DNA of 64,000 nucleotides from Squalus acanthias (Eukaryota). Positions 1 to 10,807 of the stretch are shown here, in pieces. The notes beneath the pieces are model-generated. The model saw only the letters and a list, made by a program, of their open reading frames with translations. It searched no databases and was not told where the DNA came from. The translations under genes were made by a program, and so were the position numbers. The stretch is from positions 186,001-250,000 of the forward strand of contig JASTWF010000347.1 of assembly GCA_030390025.1 (NCBI GenBank), given 5' to 3'. Every line of letters begins with the position of its first letter. Positions within the stretch are counted from its first letter, which is position 1.

Positions 1-1158
1 ACATGTGCCACATAAGAGGCTTGCCAGCAAAGTTGAAGCTCATGGAATAAAAGCGACAATGGCAGCATGAATACGAAACTGGCTAAGTGACAGAAAACAG
101 AGAATAGTGGTGAACGGTTGTTTTTCGGACTGGAGGAAGGTACACAGTGGTGTGCCCCAGGGGTCGGTACTAGGGCCACTGCTTTACTTGACATATATTA
201 ATGACTTAGACTTGGGTGTACAGGGTACAGTTTCAAAATTTGCAGATGACACAAAACTTGGAAGTATAGTGAACAGTGGGGAGGATAGTGACAGACTTCA
301 AGAAGACATAGACAGGCTGGTGGAATGGGCGGACACGTGGGAGATGAAATTTAATGCAGAAAAGTGCGAAGTGGTACATTTTGGTAGGAAGAACGAGGAG
401 AGGCAATATAAACTAAAGGGTACAATTCTAAAGTGGGTGCATGAACAGAGAGACTGGGGGTATGTGTGCACAAATCGTTGAAGGTGGCAGGGCAGGTTGA
501 GAAAGCGGTTGAAAAAGCATACGGGATCCTAGGCTTTATAAAGAGAGGCATAGAGTCCAAAAGCAAGGAAGTTATGATGAACATTTATAAAACACTGGTT
601 CGGCCTCAACTGGATTATTGTGTCCAATTCTGGGCACCGCACTTTATGAAGGATGTGAAGGCCTTAGAGAGGGTGCAGAAAAGATTTACAAGAATGGTTC
701 CAGGGATGAGGGACTTCAGTTACGTGGATAGACTGGAGAAGCTGGGGTTGTTCTCCTTAGAGCAGAGAAGGTTGAGAGGAGATTTGATAGAGGTGTTCAT
801 AATCATAAGGGTTCTGGACAGAGTAGATAGAGAGAAACTGTTCCCATTGGCGGAAGGGTCGAGAACCAGAGGACACAGATTTAAGGTGATTGGCAGAAGA
901 ACCAAAGGCGACATGAGGAAAAACTTTTTTACGCAGCGAGTGGTTAGGATCTGGAATGCACTGCCTGAAAGGGTGGTGGAGGGAGATTCAATCACGGCTT
1001 TCAAAAGGGAATTGGATAAGTACCTGAAGGAAAGAAATTTGCAGGGCTACGGGGAAAGGGCGGGGAGTGGGACTAGCTGAAGTGATCTTGCAGAGAGCCG
1101 GCACGGGCTCGACGGGCTGAATGGCCTCCTTCTGTGCTGGAACCATTCTATGATTCTA
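1..1158 (+). mobile_element. CR1-type LINE, 3' part of ORF2 (RT) and 3' tail, frameshifted
   Basis: ORFs 107..481 ([20 protein letters not shown]) and 466..1080 (YCVQFWAPH, RTRGH, NFFTQRVV); ends in attctatgattcta tail. Confidence 0.93.
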
Positions 1159-1349
1159 TAAAATATTAGAAAGTTTGTGCCACAGAAGCACGGGGTTTAT
1201 CTGCTTTTATTCATGAATTTAAAAAGTCTGTATTAAAACCTGAGCCAGTGTGTTGTGAGACAAAGAGCCTTGTGTCCAATAAGGGGAATAAAGGCCCACA
1301 GCCTCCCCTGGCCCCGGGCCCTGAACAAGGGACTGGAGAAACTCGCTGC

Positions 1350-1880
1350 CCCGCGGATCAGACAATCAGCCGGCGCTAGTCCCGCCCCTCGGGCTCCCCG
1401 ATTGGTTGGAGGACCCGCCGCCGGCTCGCTCCTCCAGCCCGCCCCGCTCGCTCCCTATTGGTCGGAAACTCCCGTCAATCAGGCCGCGGGCCCGGGTCAC
1501 GTGTCCCCGAGGAGATCACGTGCTTCGTCCAACTGACGCCGCTCGGTCCGGGGCCTCGCGGACTCTGAGGTTTTTCTATTTCTCTTTATTCTCTCCCGAT
1601 CCACCCCTCCCCCCCACCCCGCGCGATTCACCACCCAATCGGAGCGGAGAAAACTCACTTTGCGTCACCGATCGCGACTCTGTAACCGACACCTTTCCCC
1701 GGAATGCCCCGCGCCGACTCCGTCCGACGTGATCCGACCGCGCAGGCGCAGCTCCGAGTGGGGGAGGCGGGTTGGTGTCCTCTGGGCATGCGCGGTTATT
1801 ACCCTTGGCGACCGGGAGGTGTCGCTGTGCCGGACTCGGCCCAAACCGCCGTTCCGCGTGCGCATGCGCGGACTCTGAAC
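1350..1880. promoter_or_regulatory. CpG-island promoter upstream of ZNF1
   Basis: GC/CpG-rich; double attgg (CCAAT) plus GC-box module shared with the promoter core at 26119-26257; tgcgcatgcgc NRF1-like site near 1860. Confidence 0.65.
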
Positions 1881-1916
1881 CAACAGCCAGAAGAGGTCGC
1901 TGGTGAGACCAGTGAA

Positions 1917-2385
1917 GAAAGACTTGCATTTCTGTAGCGCCTTTCACCACCACCCGACGTCCCAAAGCGCTTTACAGCCAATGAAGTACTTTTTGAAGTG
2001 TAGTCACTGTTGTAATGTAGGAAACGCAGCAGCCAATTAGTGCACAGCAAGCTCCCACAAACAGCAATCTGATAATGACCAGATAATCTATCTTTTTTGT
2101 TATTGTGATTGAGGGATAAACATTGGCTAGGGCACCAGGGATAACTCCCCTGCTCTTATTCAAAATAGTACCATAGGATCGTTGACGTCCTCCTGAGAGA
2201 GCAGACGGGGCCTCGGTTTAACGTCTCCTCCAAAAGACGGCACCTCCGACAGTGCCGCACTCCCTCAGCACTGCACTGGAGTGTCAGCCTGGATTCCTGT
2301 GCTCAAGTCTCTGGAGTGGGACTTGAACCCACAACTTTCTGACTCAGAGGCGAGAGTGCGACCCACTGAGCCACTGGCTGACACT
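1917..2385 (-). mobile_element. tRNA-derived Deu-domain SINE (SacSINE1/AmnSINE1-like)
   Basis: Minus strand: tRNA-like head (tggctcagtgg...ggttcaagtccc), Deu-like core (ggtgccgtctttt...gttaaaccgaggcccc), L2-like tail (aaaggcgctacagaaatgcaagtc). Confidence 0.75.
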
Positions 2386-2394
2386 AAAGGACAA

Positions 2395-2497
2395 GCAGTT
2401 CTGACGAAAGGTCATCGACCTGAAACGTTAACTCTGTTTCTCTCTCCACAGATGCTGCCTGACCTGCTGAGTATTTCCAGCATTTTCTGTTTTTATT
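2395..2497 (+). mobile_element. Penelope-like terminal repeat with minimal hammerhead-like motif
   Basis: CTGACGA (2401) - aggtc/gacct stem - GAAACGTT, then ctccacagatgctgcctgacctgctgagtatttccagc; same repeat lies beside a Penelope RT remnant at 38 kb. Confidence 0.65.
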
Positions 2498-2539
2498 AAA
2501 GAAACGAGGGAGTGATTGCTGACAGGAAGAATGTTGGGT

Positions 2540-2820
2540 CGTCCTGCGCATGCGCACCTCCCTGGCGGCTGAGGCGAAACATCGACTCGCCCCCACCTGA
2601 GCCGCGCACACGTACCAGATGTTGCGGCTCTACATGTGCGCCCGATGTTCCAACCGCGGGGTTTTGTGCGCTGAGCATGCGCGTTGTGGACCGATCGGGA
2701 CGGGCGATTGTGGAGCAGGAGGGAGAGCGCGGGGGCCATGAGCACATGGGCGGGACTCAGAGTCAACAGAGCGCTTTCTGGAGCGCCGGGGCTTGTGGGT
2801 ATTGCAGCCGCCATTACTGC
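2540..2820. promoter_or_regulatory. Second CpG-rich block of ZNF1 5' region
   Basis: Perfect NRF1 palindrome TGCGCATGCGCA at 2545-2556; YY1-like gccgccatt near 2806. Confidence 0.5.
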
Positions 2821-3054
2821 TGATCCTTTCAACCAACCTGTGCAGCAGCTGGAGCCTGAAAATCAGCTTCACTGCCCCTAGGCTAGGAAAGGGGAAAATT
2901 AAACAACATTTTGCCTCTGATCCTTTTCTGAACTCATTTTACAGGGTTATAGAAGTGGAGCAGTTACAGGCGGGAAGCTCAGACCAAACATCACGTCAAG
3001 ATCTGACAAGAGTCGCTCGATTCATCAGGACCTGAATATCATCGGCCTTTGCAC

Positions 3055-4356
3055 ATGGAAGGAGAAAGCAGCGATCGCAGCGATGACAAACCGCACACGT
3101 GTTCGGTGTGTGGACGCGGATTCAGCCGATCGCCTGACCTGGCGAGACACGTGCACCGTCACACCGGGGAGAAACCGGGTAAAGGTGGGGACGGTGGGAA
3201 GGGATTCAGTTCCCCGTCTGCAATCGAAGTTCAACGGCGCAGTCACACCAGGGACAGTCCGTTCACCTGCTCCGTGTGTGGGAAGGGATTTGTTTATCCA
3301 TCCCACCTGCTGAGACACCAGCTTGTTCACACTGGGGAGAGACTGTTTAACTGCTCTGACTGTGGGAAGAGCTTTAAATGCTCTGGTGATCTGAAGCAAC
3401 ACCAGCTTGTTCACACTGATGAGAGGCCATTTACATGTTCTGACTGTGGGAAGAGTTTTAAATGCTCCGGGGATCTGAAGCAACACCAGCTTGTTCACAC
3501 TGATGAGAGACCATTTACATGTTCTGACTGTGGGAAGAGCTTTAAAAGCTCCGGGTTTCTGACCACACACAAGCGAGCTCACACTGGGGAGAAGCCATTC
3601 ACCTGCTCTGTGTGTGGGAAGGGATTCACTCTGTCATCCACCCTGCTGACACACCAGCTTGTTCACACTGATGAGAGAGCCTTTAAATGTTCTGACTGTG
3701 GGAAGAGCTTTAAAAGCTTCAATGAGCTGAAGCGACACCAGCGAGTTCACACTGGAGAGAGGCCATTCACCTGCTCCGAGTGTGGGAAGGGATTCGCTTG
3801 GTCATCCAACCTTTTGGCACACGAGCGGGTTCACACTGGGGAGAGGCCGTTCATCTGCTCTGTGTGTGGGAAGGGATTCACTCAGGCACCCCACCTGCAG
3901 ACTCACCAGCGAGTTCACACCGATGAGAGACTGTTTAAATGTTCTGACTGTGGGAAGAGCTTTAACAGATCCCAGGAGCTGAAGCGACACCAGCTTGTTC
4001 ACACTGGGGAGAGAAGATCCCCTTGCTCCGTGTGTGGGGAGGGATGCTCACAGTCATTCAACCTGCTGACACACCAGCTTGTTCACACTGGGGAGACACC
4101 GTTTAAATGTTCTGACTGTGGGAAGAGCTTTAAAAACTCTGGGCAGTTGAAGAGACACCAGCGAGTTCACACTGGGGAGAGGCCATTCACCTGCTCCGTG
4201 TGTGGGAAAGGATTCACTGCATCATCCACCCTCCTGTCACACCAGCTTGTTCACACTGACGAGAGACCCTTTAAATGTTCTGACTGTGGGAAGAGCTTTA
4301 AAAGCTCGAAGAGCCTTAAGGGACACCAGCGTCTTCACACTGATCATAGAATCTAA
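3055..4356 (+). CDS. ZNF1: C2H2 zinc-finger protein, 14 canonical fingers plus 1 degenerate, short-leader class (MEGES...)
   Basis: Uninterrupted ORF of CxxC-x12-H-x3-H repeats with TGERP/TDERP linkers; ATG at 3055; acceptor ttttacag at 2944; last codons and stop come from an antisense CR1 tail. Confidence 0.88.
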   Translation: MEGESSDRSDDKPHTCSVCGRGFSRSPDLARHVHRHTGEKPGKGGDGGKGFSSPSAIEVQRRSHTRDSPFTCSVCGKGFVYPSHLLRHQLVHTGERLFNCSDCGKSFKCSGDLKQHQLVHTDERPFTCSDCGKSFKCSGDLKQHQLVHTDERPFTCSDCGKSFKSSGFLTTHKRAHTGEKPFTCSVCGKGFTLSSTLLTHQLVHTDERAFKCSDCGKSFKSFNELKRHQRVHTGERPFTCSECGKGFAWSSNLLAHERVHTGERPFICSVCGKGFTQAPHLQTHQRVHTDERLFKCSDCGKSFNRSQELKRHQLVHTGERRSPCSVCGEGCSQSFNLLTHQLVHTGETPFKCSDCGKSFKNSGQLKRHQRVHTGERPFTCSVCGKGFTASSTLLSHQLVHTDERPFKCSDCGKSFKSSKSLKGHQRLHTDHRI

Positions 4357-4437
4357 CAGCACAGAAGGAGGTGATTTGGCCCATCGTGTCTGTGCCGGTT
4401 TTTTGAGAGAGCTGTCCAATTTAGTCCCACACCCCAG
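4344..4437 (-). mobile_element. CR1 3' tail fragment overlapping the ZNF1 stop
   Basis: catagaatctaacagcacagaaggagg...tgtgccgg matches the reverse complement of the CR1 end at 1095-1158. Confidence 0.75.
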
Positions 4438-4439
4438 TT

Positions 4440-6187
4440 TATTGAGACTATCCGTTCAGCTGCCTCTGCCACTTCCCTTCCTTCCCCTAGCCCCAGCCAG
4501 GCCAAACTTCCTCAAGGATCCCCCCTGCCCTAGCCCTGAACTCACATCTTTCTCCAGTTTCTCTCTGATCTCCCCTCATGACCTCTCCGCACTCATCTTG
4601 TCCATGAGACCCACTTCCTGCTCCCTCGACTCTATTCCCACCAAACTGCTGACCACCCAACTTCCTCTTCTGGCTCCATGTTAGCTGACATTGTTAACGG
4701 TTCTCTCTCCTCGGGTACTGTCCCCCTCTCCCTCAAATCTGCCGTCATCACCCCTCTCCCTAAAAAAAACAACCCTTGACTCCTCCATCCTTGCAAACTA
4801 CCGCCCCGTCTCCAACCTCCCTTTCCTCTCCAAAGTCCCTGAACGTGTTGTCGCTTCCTAAATCCCGCAATTCCTTGTTTGAATCCCTCCAATCAGGTTT
4901 CCACCCCTGCCAAAGTACCGAAACGGCTCTCATCAAAGTCACAAATGACATTCTTTGTGACTGTGACAAAGGTAAACTATCCTTCTTGGCTTGTCTGCAG
5001 CCTTTGACACGGTTGACCACTCCATCCTTCTCCAGCTGGGTGGGACTGCACTCCCCTGGTTCCATAATCGTAGCCAGAGAATCACCTGCAATGGATTCTC
5101 TTCCCGCTCCCGCACTGTTACCTCTGGTGTCCCCCAAGGATCTATCCTTGGCCCCCTCCTATTTCTCATCTACATGCTTCCCCTTGGCGACATCATCCGA
5201 AAACACAGCGTCAGTTTCCACATGTACGCTGACGACACCCAGCTCTACCTCACTACCACTTCTCTCGACCCCACAGTCTCTAAATTGTCAGACTGCTTGT
5301 CCGACATCCAGTTCTGGATGAGCAGAAATTTACTCCAACTAAATATTGGGAAGACCGAAGCCATTGTTTTCAGTCCCCGCCACAAACTCCGTTCCCTAGC
5401 CACTGACTCCATCCCTCTCCCTAACATCTGTCTGAGGCTGAACCACACTGTTTGCAACCTTGGTGTCATATTTGACCCTGAAATGAGCTTCCGACCACAT
5501 ATCCACAGCATAACTAAGACCGCCTATTTCCACCTCCGTAACATCGCCCGTCTCCGCCCTTGCCTCAGCTCATCCGCTGCTGAAACCCTCATCCATGCCT
5601 TTGTTACCTCTAGACTTGACTATTCCAACGCACTCCTGGCTGGCCTCCCACATTCCACCCTACGTAAACTTGAGGTCATCCAAAACTCGGCTGCCCGTGT
5701 CCTAACTCGCACCAAGTCCCGTTCACCCATCACCCCTGTGCTCGCTGACCTACATTGGCTCCCGGTTAAGCAACGCCTCGATTTCAAAATTCTCATCCTT
5801 GTTTTCAAATCCCTCCATGGCCTCGCCCCTCCCTATCTCTGTAATCTCCTTCAGCCCCACAACCCCCCGAGATATCTGCGCTCCTCTAATTCTGCCCTCT
5901 TGAGCATCCCTGATTATAATCGCTCAAACATTGGTGGCCGTGCCTTCTGTTGCCTGGGCCCTAAGCTCTGGAATTCCCTGCCTGAACCTCTCCACCTCTC
6001 TACCTCTCTTTCCTCCTTTAAAACACTCTTTAAAACTTACCCCTCTGACCAAGCTTTTGGTCACCTGCCCTAATTTCTCCTTATGTGGCTCGGTGTCAAA
6101 TTTTTTGTCTTATGATACTCCTGTGCAGCGCCTTGGGACGTTTTACTACGTTAAAGGCGCTATTTAAATACAAGTTGTTGTTGTTAT
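4440..6187 (+). mobile_element. L2-type LINE, 5'-truncated ORF2 RT and 3' end
   Basis: ORF 4991..6073 (AAFDTVDH, GVPQGSILGP, HMYADDTQLY, SRLDYSNALL, LHWLPV); tail aaaggcgctatttaaatacaagttgttgttg. Confidence 0.9.
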
Positions 6188-6193
6188 CCCCAC

Positions 6194-7592
6194 AACATAA
6201 GAACATAAGAAATAGGAGCAGGAATAGGCCACTTGGCCCCTCGAGCCTGCTCCGCCATTCAATAAGATCATGGCTGATCTTGGGCTCAAAGCCACTTCCC
6301 TGCCCGCTCCCCATAACCCTTCACTCCCTTATCTTGCAAAAATCTGTCTATCTCCACCTTAAATGTATTTAATGACCCAGCCTCCACAGCTCTCTGGGGC
6401 AGAGAATTCCACAGATTTACGACCCTCTGAGAGAAGAAATTCCTCCTCATCTCAGTTCTAAAAGGGCGACCCTTTATTCTGAAACTGTGCCCCCGAGTTC
6501 TAGATTTCCCCACGAGGGGAAACATCCTCTCTGCATCTACCTTGTCGAGCCCCCTCAGTATCTTGTATGTTTCAATAAGATCACCTCTCATTCTTCTAAA
6601 TTCCAATGAGTATAGGCCCAACCTGCTCAACCTTTCTCATAAGTCAACCCCCTCATCTCTGGAATTAACCTAGTGAATCGTCTCTGAACTGCCTCCAATG
6701 CAAGTATATCCTTCCTTAAATAAGGAGACCAAAACTGTACGCAGTACTCCAGGTGTGGTCTCACCAATACCCTGTACAGTTGTAGCAGGACTTCCCTGCT
6801 TTTATACTCCAACCCCCTTGAAATAAAGGCCAACATTCCATTTGCCTTTTTGATTACTTGCTGTACCTGCATGCTAACTTTTTGTGTTTCATGCACAAGG
6901 ACCCCTAGGTCCCTCTGAATTGTAGCATTTTGTAATCTCTCCCATTTAAATAATAATTTGCTTTTTTATTTTTCCTGCCAAAGTGGATAACCTCGCACTT
7001 TCCCACATTATACTCCATCTGCCAAATGTTTGCCCACTCACCTAGCCTGTCTATATCCCTTTGCAGATTCTTTGAGTCCTCTGCACAACTTGCTTTCCCA
7101 CCCATCTTTGTATCATCCGCAAACTTGGCTACATTACATTCGGTCCCTTCATCCAAGTCATTAATGTAGATTGTAAATAGTTGAGGCCCCAGCACTGATC
7201 CCTGTGGCACCCCACTAGTTACTGTTTGCCAACCGGAAAATGACCCATTTATCCCGACTCTCTGCTTTCTGTTAGTTAGCCAATTCTCTATCCATGCTAA
7301 TATATTACCCCCAACTCCGTGAGCTCTTATCTTATGCAGTAACCTTTTATGTGGCACCTTATCGAATGCCTTCTTGAAATCCAAACACACCACATCTACT
7401 GGCTCACCCTTGTCCACCCTGCTTGTTACATCCTCAAAGAACTCCAGCAAATTTGTTAAACATGATTTCCCTTTCATAAAAACATGCTGACTCTGCTTGA
7501 CTGCATTATGATTTTCCAAATGCCCTGCTACTGCTTCCTTAATGAAGGACTCCAGCATTTTCCCAATGACAGATGTTAGGCTAACTGGTCTA
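6194..7592 (-). mobile_element. CR1 LINE, RT to 3' tail, frameshifted
   Basis: ORFs 6905..7558, 6627..6896, 6286..6630 with CR1 RT motifs; (ttcttatg)n tail at left end. Confidence 0.93.
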
Positions 7593-7594
7593 TG

Positions 7595-8175
7595 AACATT
7601 TACATGAACGATTTGGACTTGGGAATCAGAAGTATAATTTCAAAATTTGCAGATGCCACGAAATTTGGGGGTTATGTAAATACTGAGGAAGACTGCGATA
7701 GCATCCTTGTAGAATTATTCAGTTGTGTTCAGTAAATAGCAGCGCCATCTTTTAATTTGCTTTGACTGATCACATCACTATATAGTTATGTGAAAAACAA
7801 AAATCATTAACAGCTCCCAATTTCAGAATTAGAAACATAGAAAAATAGGAGCAGGAGTAGGCCATTCGGCCCTTCGAGTTTGTCAAACACAATTTCCCTT
7901 TCATAAATCTATGTTGACTTTGTCTAATCCCGTTGATATTTTCTAAGTATCCTCCCTTTGCAACCTAGCTTCACCTGGATAATAATTAATCAATATGCAT
8001 GTTTCAGCTTGAAACCTACTGACCTCAGTTTGTAAAGAAGTCTCTCATGCAATACCTTATCAAAGGCTTTTTGGATGTCCAGGTACACTGCATCATTTAA
8101 TTTGGGATACGCCTCATTTAATTCGGGATGTCATCTCTTTCAGAATAAGTCTAAGAAGTTGGTTAGGCAAGATCT
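7595..8175. mobile_element. Patchwork of short CR1 fragments in both orientations
   Basis: NDLDLG...SKFADATKFGG on +; CR1 tail near 7830-7880 and YLDIQKAFDKV fragment near 8050-8095 on -. Confidence 0.6.
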
Positions 8176-8179
8176 ATCT

Positions 8180-8243
8180 GTTAACTCTGATTCTCTCTCC
8201 ACAGATGCTGCCTGACCTGCTGAGTATTTCCTGTTTTTATTTA
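8180..8243 (+). mobile_element. Penelope-like terminal repeat fragment
   Basis: gttaactctgattctctctccacagatgctgcctgacctgctgagtatttcc. Confidence 0.55.
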
Positions 8244-8369
8244 TAATAGAGAATGGTGAAGCTGTGTCTGTGCCTTTAACGGCAGCTGCCCAGACACAGG
8301 GTGCTGTCCCTTTAAGAATGAGTGACGGGACAATCCAGATTCCTCTTTCAGGTTTTCTGGGGAGGAGGT

Positions 8370-8760
8370 CAGGAGCCCAGCGCGCAGGCGCGGGACAGGC
8401 TCTGCGCGGTCGCCGGGCGGAGCTGCAGGTCGGCGGGAGCGGGGTCGGGAGGTTAATAAACTGCGGGTAGGCCGCGCTGCAGGGTTTATAAAGTTGGAGA
8501 ACGGCCTCAGGCTCGAATGAGATCACGCGGCCCGGTCTGTGTTCCACCGGACGGCAGCGGTGAGGCTTTTTCTCGGTGATCGGCCCGGGGTAGGCGCCGC
8601 CATCTTGGTGGAGGAAAGATGGACCGGTTCCACCTGTAGCAGAGCGCATGTGCGGCCATCTTGGTACAGGAACAAAGAGTGGGCGGGGCTTCAGGGTCCC
8701 AGTGACCAGGAGAGACAATCATTGACTCATTGATTTTATTCTCACTCTGCATACAGCGGG
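8370..8760 (+). promoter_or_regulatory. CpG promoter / 5' region of ZNF2
   Basis: CpG-rich; YY1-like gccgccatcttg and gccatcttgg; GC box gggcgggg; homologous to 29550-29690, 30845-31290 and 44126-44626. Confidence 0.65.
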
Positions 8761-9295
8761 TGTGGAACTGAACCCAACCAGAGTAGAGGGAGGGAGAAAA
8801 CTGGGAGTGGAGGAAAGAAATATTGGAGATGGTGCGATGGGTTTGGATTTCAGCACAGGGAGGAGGGAGAGTGTGTGGGACGGGGATTTACAGCTTTGGG
8901 GGAACAAGAGAGGAAAGAATGTTCCATAGAAACTAGAATTGTCTGTTCTGAATTTCTATCCTGTACTTACAGTGATGACATTTGTAAACTCCTTTTACAG
9001 GGTGTTAGAAGAGGAGGATATGCAGACAGGAAACTCAAACCAAACATCACGTCAAGATCTGACAGAGTCACTCGATTCATCAGGACCTGAATATCATCGG
9101 CCTTTGAATGTGGAAGGAGAAATGTTTGTCTGTTCTGTCTGTGGGAAAAGATTTCAAACATCAGTGTGACTGGAAAAGCACCGAGACACACACACCCGAG
9201 AGAGAGTGTTCCAGTGCACTGACTGTGGAAAGAGCTTTAACCAGTTACACAGCCTGAAAAAACATCGCACCATTCACAGCGGGGAGAAACCGTAC

Positions 9296-10039
9296 ATGTG
9301 TTCTGTGTGTGGACGAGGCTTCAACCGATCGTCCAACCTGGAGAGACACAAGGACACCTGCACCACGGAGAAACCGTGGAAATGTGGGGACTGTGGGAAG
9401 GGATTCAGTTCCCCATCCCAGCTGGAAACTCATCGACGCAGTCACACTGGGGAGAGGCCGTTCACCTGCTCTGTGTGTGGGAAGGGATTCACTCAGTCAC
9501 GGAGTGTTATTGAACACCAGAGAGTTCACACTGGGGAGAGGCCGTTCACCTGCTCTGAGTGTGGGAAGGGATTCACTCAGTCATCCAACTTTCTGACACA
9601 CCAGCGAGTTCATACTGGAGAGAGGCCGTTCAACTGCATTGAATGTGGGAAGGGATTCACTCAGTTATCAAACCTCCTGACACACCAGCGAGTTCACTCT
9701 GATAAGAGACCTTTTAAATGTTCTGACTGTGAGCAGAGCTTTAAAAGCAAACAGCACCTGCTGCAACACCAACGCACTCACACTGGGGAGAGGCCGTTCA
9801 CCTGCTCCGTGTGTGGGAAGGGATTCACCCGATCATCCTACCTGTTGTCACACCAGCAAGTTCACACTGACGAGAGACCATTCAGTTGCTCTCACTGTGG
9901 GAAGAGGTTCCGGCACTCATCCGCCCTCATTGAACACCAGCGCACTCACACTGGGGAGAGGCCGTTCGCCTGCTCCATGTGTGGGAAGGAATTCACTAAA
10001 TCATCCAACCTTCTGAAACACCAGCGAGTTCACAAGTGA
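9296..10039 (+). CDS. ZNF2: C2H2 zinc-finger protein; 8 fingers from the ACG at 9365, in-frame ATG at 9296
   Basis: Frame open from 9170 to 10039, ending HQRVHK*; upstream leader finger interrupted by TGA 9167-9169; acceptor ccttttacag at 9000; start position uncertain. Confidence 0.8.
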   Translation: MCSVCGRGFNRSSNLERHKDTCTTEKPWKCGDCGKGFSSPSQLETHRRSHTGERPFTCSVCGKGFTQSRSVIEHQRVHTGERPFTCSECGKGFTQSSNFLTHQRVHTGERPFNCIECGKGFTQLSNLLTHQRVHSDKRPFKCSDCEQSFKSKQHLLQHQRTHTGERPFTCSVCGKGFTRSSYLLSHQQVHTDERPFSCSHCGKRFRHSSALIEHQRTHTGERPFACSMCGKEFTKSSNLLKHQRVHK

Positions 10040-10190
10040 CTGCAGAGGTTGGATTCTGCTGCTGTTGCTGCTGTTAATCACATCCAGGACTGGACCATGT
10101 TCATTCTGACAGTTGGGGTTTGTTTCTGCTGATGTTAATAACACCTATAACTGGGCTGGAGTTTAAAATTCTGCATAAATGTCAAATAAA
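10040..10190 (+). other. Conserved ZNF-cassette 3' UTR with AATAAA (10185-10190)
   Basis: Similar block follows the stops of ZNF3, 4, 5, 8, 9 and 10. Confidence 0.7.
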
Positions 10191-10439
10191 TCAGATTTTT
10201 CTCAAACACACACACTGCCAATTCCTTGCTTTCTCTAAGATAAGAGGAGACTAATTGATGTCCTGTTACCGACTGTTCTATTTTTGGGCCTTTTCTCCTT
10301 TCTAACTCCAGATTATTTCAGTTCTGATACCTTCGGTTACTCTCATGGACAAGTCCCAGCTCCCCATACATTCCAGAAGCCTCTCCAGCATCCAGAGAAA
10401 GTATCGGTAAAATACCAGTGATCGAAGGGAAACTAAAAA

Positions 10440-10807
10440 TAAGTCAAGGAGAGAAATCATTCGATATTAGTTTTTAAATAATGGTAATGGGGAAAGTAGT
10501 GGGACTGAGGATAGATTAGTCTCCAGGGCCTTATGGTTTCCACCCCAGGGTATTAAAGTAAGTAGGTGAGGGAATTGCAGGAGAGTTTTTCATAATCTTT
10601 CAACGGTCTCTGAATTTGGAAATTGTGCCGTTAGACTGGAAAATTGCTAACGTCACTCCATTATAAGAGTGGGGAGAGAAACCAGGTAACTACAGGCCTG
10701 TCAGTTTAACACCAGTTGTGGGGATATTACTAGAAGCTGTCACTGGGGATAGAGTGACTGGGCAGTTGAACAAATACGATCTGATCAGAGAGAGTCAACA
10801 CGGCTTT
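10440..10807 (+). mobile_element. Decayed CR1 ORF2 fragment
   Basis: DWKIANVTP, NYRPVSLT, LIRESQHGF motifs. Confidence 0.75.

Noticed and set aside
2310..2385. tRNA gene
   Set aside because: It is the tRNA-derived head of a SINE, continuous with the SINE body
1255..2881. Many short GC-rich ORFs in CpG islands and antisense ORFs over ZNF and LINE sequence
   Set aside because: Expected from low stop density in GC-rich or repetitive DNA; no recognisable domains
8939..9120. Leader peptide VLEEEDMQTGNSNQTSRQDLTESLDSSGPEYHRPL as an effector domain
   Set aside because: No resemblance to KRAB/SCAN/BTB, separated from the arrays by stops, and disrupted by indels in several paralogs
9167..9169. Selenocysteine codon
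   Set aside because: TGA is at a helix position rather than a zinc-ligating Cys, is explainable as CGA decay, and no canonical SECIS is evident by eye
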